Source: Patescibacteria group bacterium (GTDB lineage Bacteria; Patescibacteriota; Patescibacteriia; UBA1558; S5-K13). From it: a DNA stretch of 64,000 nt. Position 1 is the first letter of the stretch. Each line of letters opens with the position of its first letter. Position numbers and translations under genes: made by a program. Positions 60,791 through 64,000 of this stretch are shown here, piece by piece. The notes under the pieces were generated by a model. The model was not told the DNA's origin. It worked only from the letters and a program-made list of their open reading frames with translations, and did no database searches. The stretch spans positions 47,827 to 111,826 of the forward strand of contig JAQUXC010000003.1 in the NCBI GenBank assembly GCA_028692545.1, written 5' to 3'.

Positions 60791-61837
60791 ATGTATATTA
60801 ATTTACAAAAAGCATTTGAATCAGAACAATTTTTGAATCGAACAACAGAGACTTTAATTCCAATTGGTGTTGGTTTTAATTTTGAATACGTATTTGAAGA
60901 TTTAAAACATCTCAGATCAATAATAATGGCAGGTGCAACAGGTTCTGGAAAGTCTACTTTTAATAATTCGCTTATATTAAGTTTACTAAAACAAGATAAT
61001 AATATGTCTTTAGTTTTAGCAGATTGTAAAAAAGTAGAATTGACCCCTTACAATGGAACAGAATGTCTAATTGGGGATGTTGCCACTAAACCAGATAATA
61101 CAAAAGAACAATTTGAATTTTTAGATAAAGAATTTTTTGTTAGAGCCACTAGAAAAAAAGAAGACACAAATATATATAAAAATTATCATCCTATAATTTG
61201 TGTTATTGATGAATACTCAGATATTATGTGTAGTGATAATCACGATTATTTTAATGAAAAAATTTCTAAAATAGCTAAGTATGGAGCAGATTTAAATATT
61301 TTTATAATCATATGCACATCTAGACCATCAACTAATATTTTTACCAAAGAAATAAAAGATTCTTTTTTTACAAAAATAGCATTTTCTACACCAGGCTCCG
61401 CCGATTCAATAACTATAATAGAGGAAGTCGGTGCTGAAAAACTTTTAGGCAAAGGGGATATGTTATTTAAAAAAGGAAATGAGCCAATAAAAAGATTGCA
61501 AGGATTCTATGTTAGTGATAAAGAAAAAGAAAAAATGATTAAGTCTGGAAATTGTATAAAAAAAGAAAAATCAAACATTAGCCTTGATATTGAAAACAGT
61601 AGAAATAAGATTAAAACAACCTTATCTGAATATAATATTGAAATTGAAATACAGGAAATTAATATTGGCCCTATAATTACTCAATTTGTTTTAAAACTAA
61701 AAAATGAAAAAGACTTTTCCAAGGTATTTGCTTTAGCGGATATATTATCTATGAATTTAAAAGTTCATCCACTTAGAATTACATCAATTTCACAATTTTT
61801 GATTAGTCTTGAAATTCCTAATGAAATAACTAAATAA
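60791..61837 (+). CDS. ftsK: FtsK/SpoIIIE-family DNA translocase ATPase domain (soluble, no membrane anchor)
   Basis: Walker A IIMAGATGSGKST, Walker B ICVIDEYSD, LLGKGDMLF...RLQGFYVSDKE signature; 348 aa. Confidence 0.8.
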   Translation: MYINLQKAFESEQFLNRTTETLIPIGVGFNFEYVFEDLKHLRSIIMAGATGSGKSTFNNSLILSLLKQDNNMSLVLADCKKVELTPYNGTECLIGDVATKPDNTKEQFEFLDKEFFVRATRKKEDTNIYKNYHPIICVIDEYSDIMCSDNHDYFNEKISKIAKYGADLNIFIIICTSRPSTNIFTKEIKDSFFTKIAFSTPGSADSITIIEEVGAEKLLGKGDMLFKKGNEPIKRLQGFYVSDKEKEKMIKSGNCIKKEKSNISLDIENSRNKIKTTLSEYNIEIEIQEINIGPIITQFVLKLKNEKDFSKVFALADILSMNLKVHPLRITSISQFLISLEIPNEITK

Positions 61838-61838
61838 A

Positions 61839-62672
61839 ATGCCTAACATAGATATAAATATAAAAAGAAATGACCCAAATGCAAGGGTTCCTTTAGAACC
61901 ATTTTTAGATGAATTAATAAAAAGTCCTAGTGATAAATTTATTATTCCACTTGGTAGAGATAAAGATAACAAATTACATTCTATAGATTTAAAGGAATGT
62001 CATCATATTTTAAGCGCTGGTATGGCTCTTTCTGGAGTTGGAATGTTTAACAGAGTTGCATTATTATCTTTAATAAAACAAAAAGATCCAAAAGACTTGA
62101 GAATTATTTTAATTGATCCTATTCGTAAATTTCAAAATTTTTATGATATTCCCCATCTATTATATCCACCTATTTATTATAAAGATCGGCAGGATACAGT
62201 TTTAAATACTTTGAAGTGGTCTATTGCTGAAATGGAAAGAAGGTATGAAATTTTAGCAGAGAATAATGTCCATGATATGTATTCTTATAATGAAAAATGT
62301 AACCAAACAGTACTTCCTAACATTATAATATTTATTAGTGAATTAGGTGAGATTATACCAAATGAAGAGATAGAGATGGTTTTAGTTAAAATTTTACAAA
62401 TGGCTAAATTAATAGGAATTCATTTAATTATAAGTACTCAATGGATAACAAATAAAGTTATTACAAATTTAATTAAAAATAATATTAGTTCTAAATTAAT
62501 ATTTCAAGTTCCCTCTCAAAATGAAGCTGATCTTTTAGAAGCTCCAGGAGCTGAAAAACTTATTGGTCAAGGAGATATGATTTTCTATGGATCAAGTGAT
62601 CAAGTATTAAAATTACAAGGATTTCATATTAGTGATGAAAAAATAGAGGAATTATTAAAAATATATAAATAA
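61839..62672 (+). CDS. second FtsK-like ATPase domain with a degenerate Walker A (probably inactive)
   Basis: Same architecture (IIFISELGE, IHLIISTQ, LIGQGDMIF..LQGFHISDE) but the P-loop is LSAGMALSGVGMF. It starts 1 nt after the previous stop. Confidence 0.65.
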   Translation: MPNIDINIKRNDPNARVPLEPFLDELIKSPSDKFIIPLGRDKDNKLHSIDLKECHHILSAGMALSGVGMFNRVALLSLIKQKDPKDLRIILIDPIRKFQNFYDIPHLLYPPIYYKDRQDTVLNTLKWSIAEMERRYEILAENNVHDMYSYNEKCNQTVLPNIIIFISELGEIIPNEEIEMVLVKILQMAKLIGIHLIISTQWITNKVITNLIKNNISSKLIFQVPSQNEADLLEAPGAEKLIGQGDMIFYGSSDQVLKLQGFHISDEKIEELLKIYK

Positions 62673-62690
62673 TTTTTAATTTAAAAAAAT

Positions 62691-62996
62691 ATGCAAAATG
62701 AATTTTCAAAAATAGAAAAATTACTAGAAGAAATTTTAGTAGAAATAAAAAAAGTATCAGGTAATTTAAAAAACAATACCCTATCATCTGTGATTATTCC
62801 TGAAGCGGAGGAAAAACTTTATAAACAAGCAATAAAGCTAATTACTGAACATGAATCTGTAAGCGCTACCTTATTACAAAGAAAATTTCGTATTGGCTAT
62901 GCAAGCAGCGCTAGATTACTAGATAAATTAGAGAAAGGAAAATTTATTGGTCCGGCCAATGGTGCAAAACCAAGGAAGGTATTAAAAAAGAAATAA
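62691..62996 (+). CDS. FtsK gamma (winged-helix, KOPS-binding) domain protein
   Basis: ATLLQRKFRIGYASSARLLDKLEKGKFIGPANGAKPRKVL matches the FtsK gamma consensus (LQRR.RIGY.RAAR...ME..GIVGP..G.K.REVL). Confidence 0.7.
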   Translation: MQNEFSKIEKLLEEILVEIKKVSGNLKNNTLSSVIIPEAEEKLYKQAIKLITEHESVSATLLQRKFRIGYASSARLLDKLEKGKFIGPANGAKPRKVLKKK

Positions 62997-63002
62997 AAAA
63001 AT

Positions 63003-63404
63003 ATGAATATCTATTTAGACATAGACGGAGTATTACTAAAAAAGCATGGTGGTCCAGCTGATAATGTTTTAGATTTCATAAAATATATTACAAATAACTT
63101 TGATTGTTATTGGCTTACAACTCATTGTAGAAATGGTGAAGATGATTGTATGGAGTATTTATCTGATAAATTACCTATAGAAAGTTTACAATATTTAGAA
63201 AAAATAAAACCATCTTATTGGGATATGTTAAAAACAGAAGGAATTGATTTCTCAAAATATTTTATATGGATAGATGATTATATAATGGACGCTGAAAAAA
63301 AGGTTTTAGAAGAAAAAAATTGTTTAGGTAATTTTATTGAAATAGGATTAGAAAAAAATCAGGATCAATTATTAGATGTAATAAATAATTTAAAAAATAA
63401 ATAA
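63003..63404 (+). CDS. small HAD-like hydrolase family protein
   Basis: Motif I YLDIDGVLL (DxDG[TV]) and WIDDY near the C-terminus; 133 aa. Confidence 0.45.
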   Translation: MNIYLDIDGVLLKKHGGPADNVLDFIKYITNNFDCYWLTTHCRNGEDDCMEYLSDKLPIESLQYLEKIKPSYWDMLKTEGIDFSKYFIWIDDYIMDAEKKVLEEKNCLGNFIEIGLEKNQDQLLDVINNLKNK

Positions 63405-63409
63405 AAAAT

Positions 63410-63595
63410 ATGGCAGCAGATCCACAAGCAAGTGAAGCAATTGGAAAACTTATTAAGACCATGGCTCCATATTTAATTATTGGTGCTTTGGTTTATGGAA
63501 TATTAACAATAATTATTGATCGTTTTAAAAAAAGAGTAGATAAACTTGGAGATGAATTAATAAAAAAGATAAAATCTAAAAAACCCAAACAATAA
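63410..63595 (+). CDS. hypothetical small membrane protein
   Basis: 61 aa with a single TM. Confidence 0.3.
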   Translation: MAADPQASEAIGKLIKTMAPYLIIGALVYGILTIIIDRFKKRVDKLGDELIKKIKSKKPKQ

Positions 63596-63759
63596 TATAT
63601 AGGTTATTTTATTTAAAAAATTCTAGATTATCTTGCCCAATATTGTTATATTTGTGTCCAACAAGATAATATAGAATAATTTATCTTCTACTTTTTTATA
63701 TTTGCAGTTTATTGGGGAAAGTGCTAATAATATAGATAGAAAATAAAACTCATAAATAT

Positions 63760-64000
63760 ATGAAACTAGGCATTATTGCCGAAGATGTGGATAATATATT
63801 ACATCAGACTATAGGTCTGATACGGAGAACTGGAATTAATATAGAGGTTCTAAATCCTGAATTATCAAATCAAGAGATGCTTGATTGTGGTTTTGATTGT
63901 TGTTTTATAAAATCATCTTCTTATAAAGCTATTGATTGTGCTCGAACCTTACAAAATAGAGGGGTATATATTTTAAATGATTTAAATATTATAGATAGTT
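63760..64000 (+). CDS. ATP-grasp-like protein (RimK/LysX-like N-terminus), C-terminal part missing at window edge
   Basis: MKLGIIAEDVD...GINIEVLNPE pattern resembles the pre-ATP-grasp N-domain; the ORF is open to the window end. Confidence 0.3.
   Translation, partial: MKLGIIAEDVDNILHQTIGLIRRTGINIEVLNPELSNQEMLDCGFDCCFIKSSSYKAIDCARTLQNRGVYILNDLNIIDS

Overview
This is an AT-rich (~28-30% GC), gene-dense bacterial window. Most genes have no obvious Shine-Dalgarno sequence, which suggests a small-genome lineage (possibly CPR/Patescibacteria-like; that is inference only). The left part (1-29.2 kb) is a housekeeping block: pheT (partial), gyrB, a class-II-lyase/adenylosuccinate-lyase-like gene, groES-groEL behind a CIRCE operator, pyk, ppsA, a CoA-binding protein, an MFS transporter, tRNA-Ser(GGA) overlapped by a small GIY-YIG nuclease gene, a NUDIX hydrolase, a GGDEF cyclase, an S41 protease, an AlkD-like repair protein, and dnaG-rpoD (RpoD carries a long lysine-rich N-terminal tail). 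At tRNA-Asn(GTT) (29307-29383) a roughly 26 kb accessory region begins. It opens with a large serine recombinase whose 3' end overlaps the tRNA. It then carries replication-like hypothetical genes and a complete Type III R-M system (Mod+Res) trailed by a small PD-(D/E)xK protein, a membrane protein and a NYN-domain protein. A 12-bp repeat of the tRNA-Asn 3' end with a GC-rich structured segment lies at ~42.35 kb. Beyond it is a second, composite defence operon: SNF2-family helicase + Type III-like Mod + Res (helicase plus PD-ExK nuclease) + an unknown 448-aa protein. A second large serine recombinase and phage-like genes (an HTH protein, a ParB-N::DNA methyltransferase fusion) follow. The right end returns to core genes: a DUF2188 protein, lexA, a SAM-I riboswitch upstream of metK, and an FtsK-like translocase encoded as three consecutive ORFs. 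No rRNA or CRISPR array was seen. Several structured non-coding elements, duplicated junction sequences and two homopolymer frameshifts are flagged.
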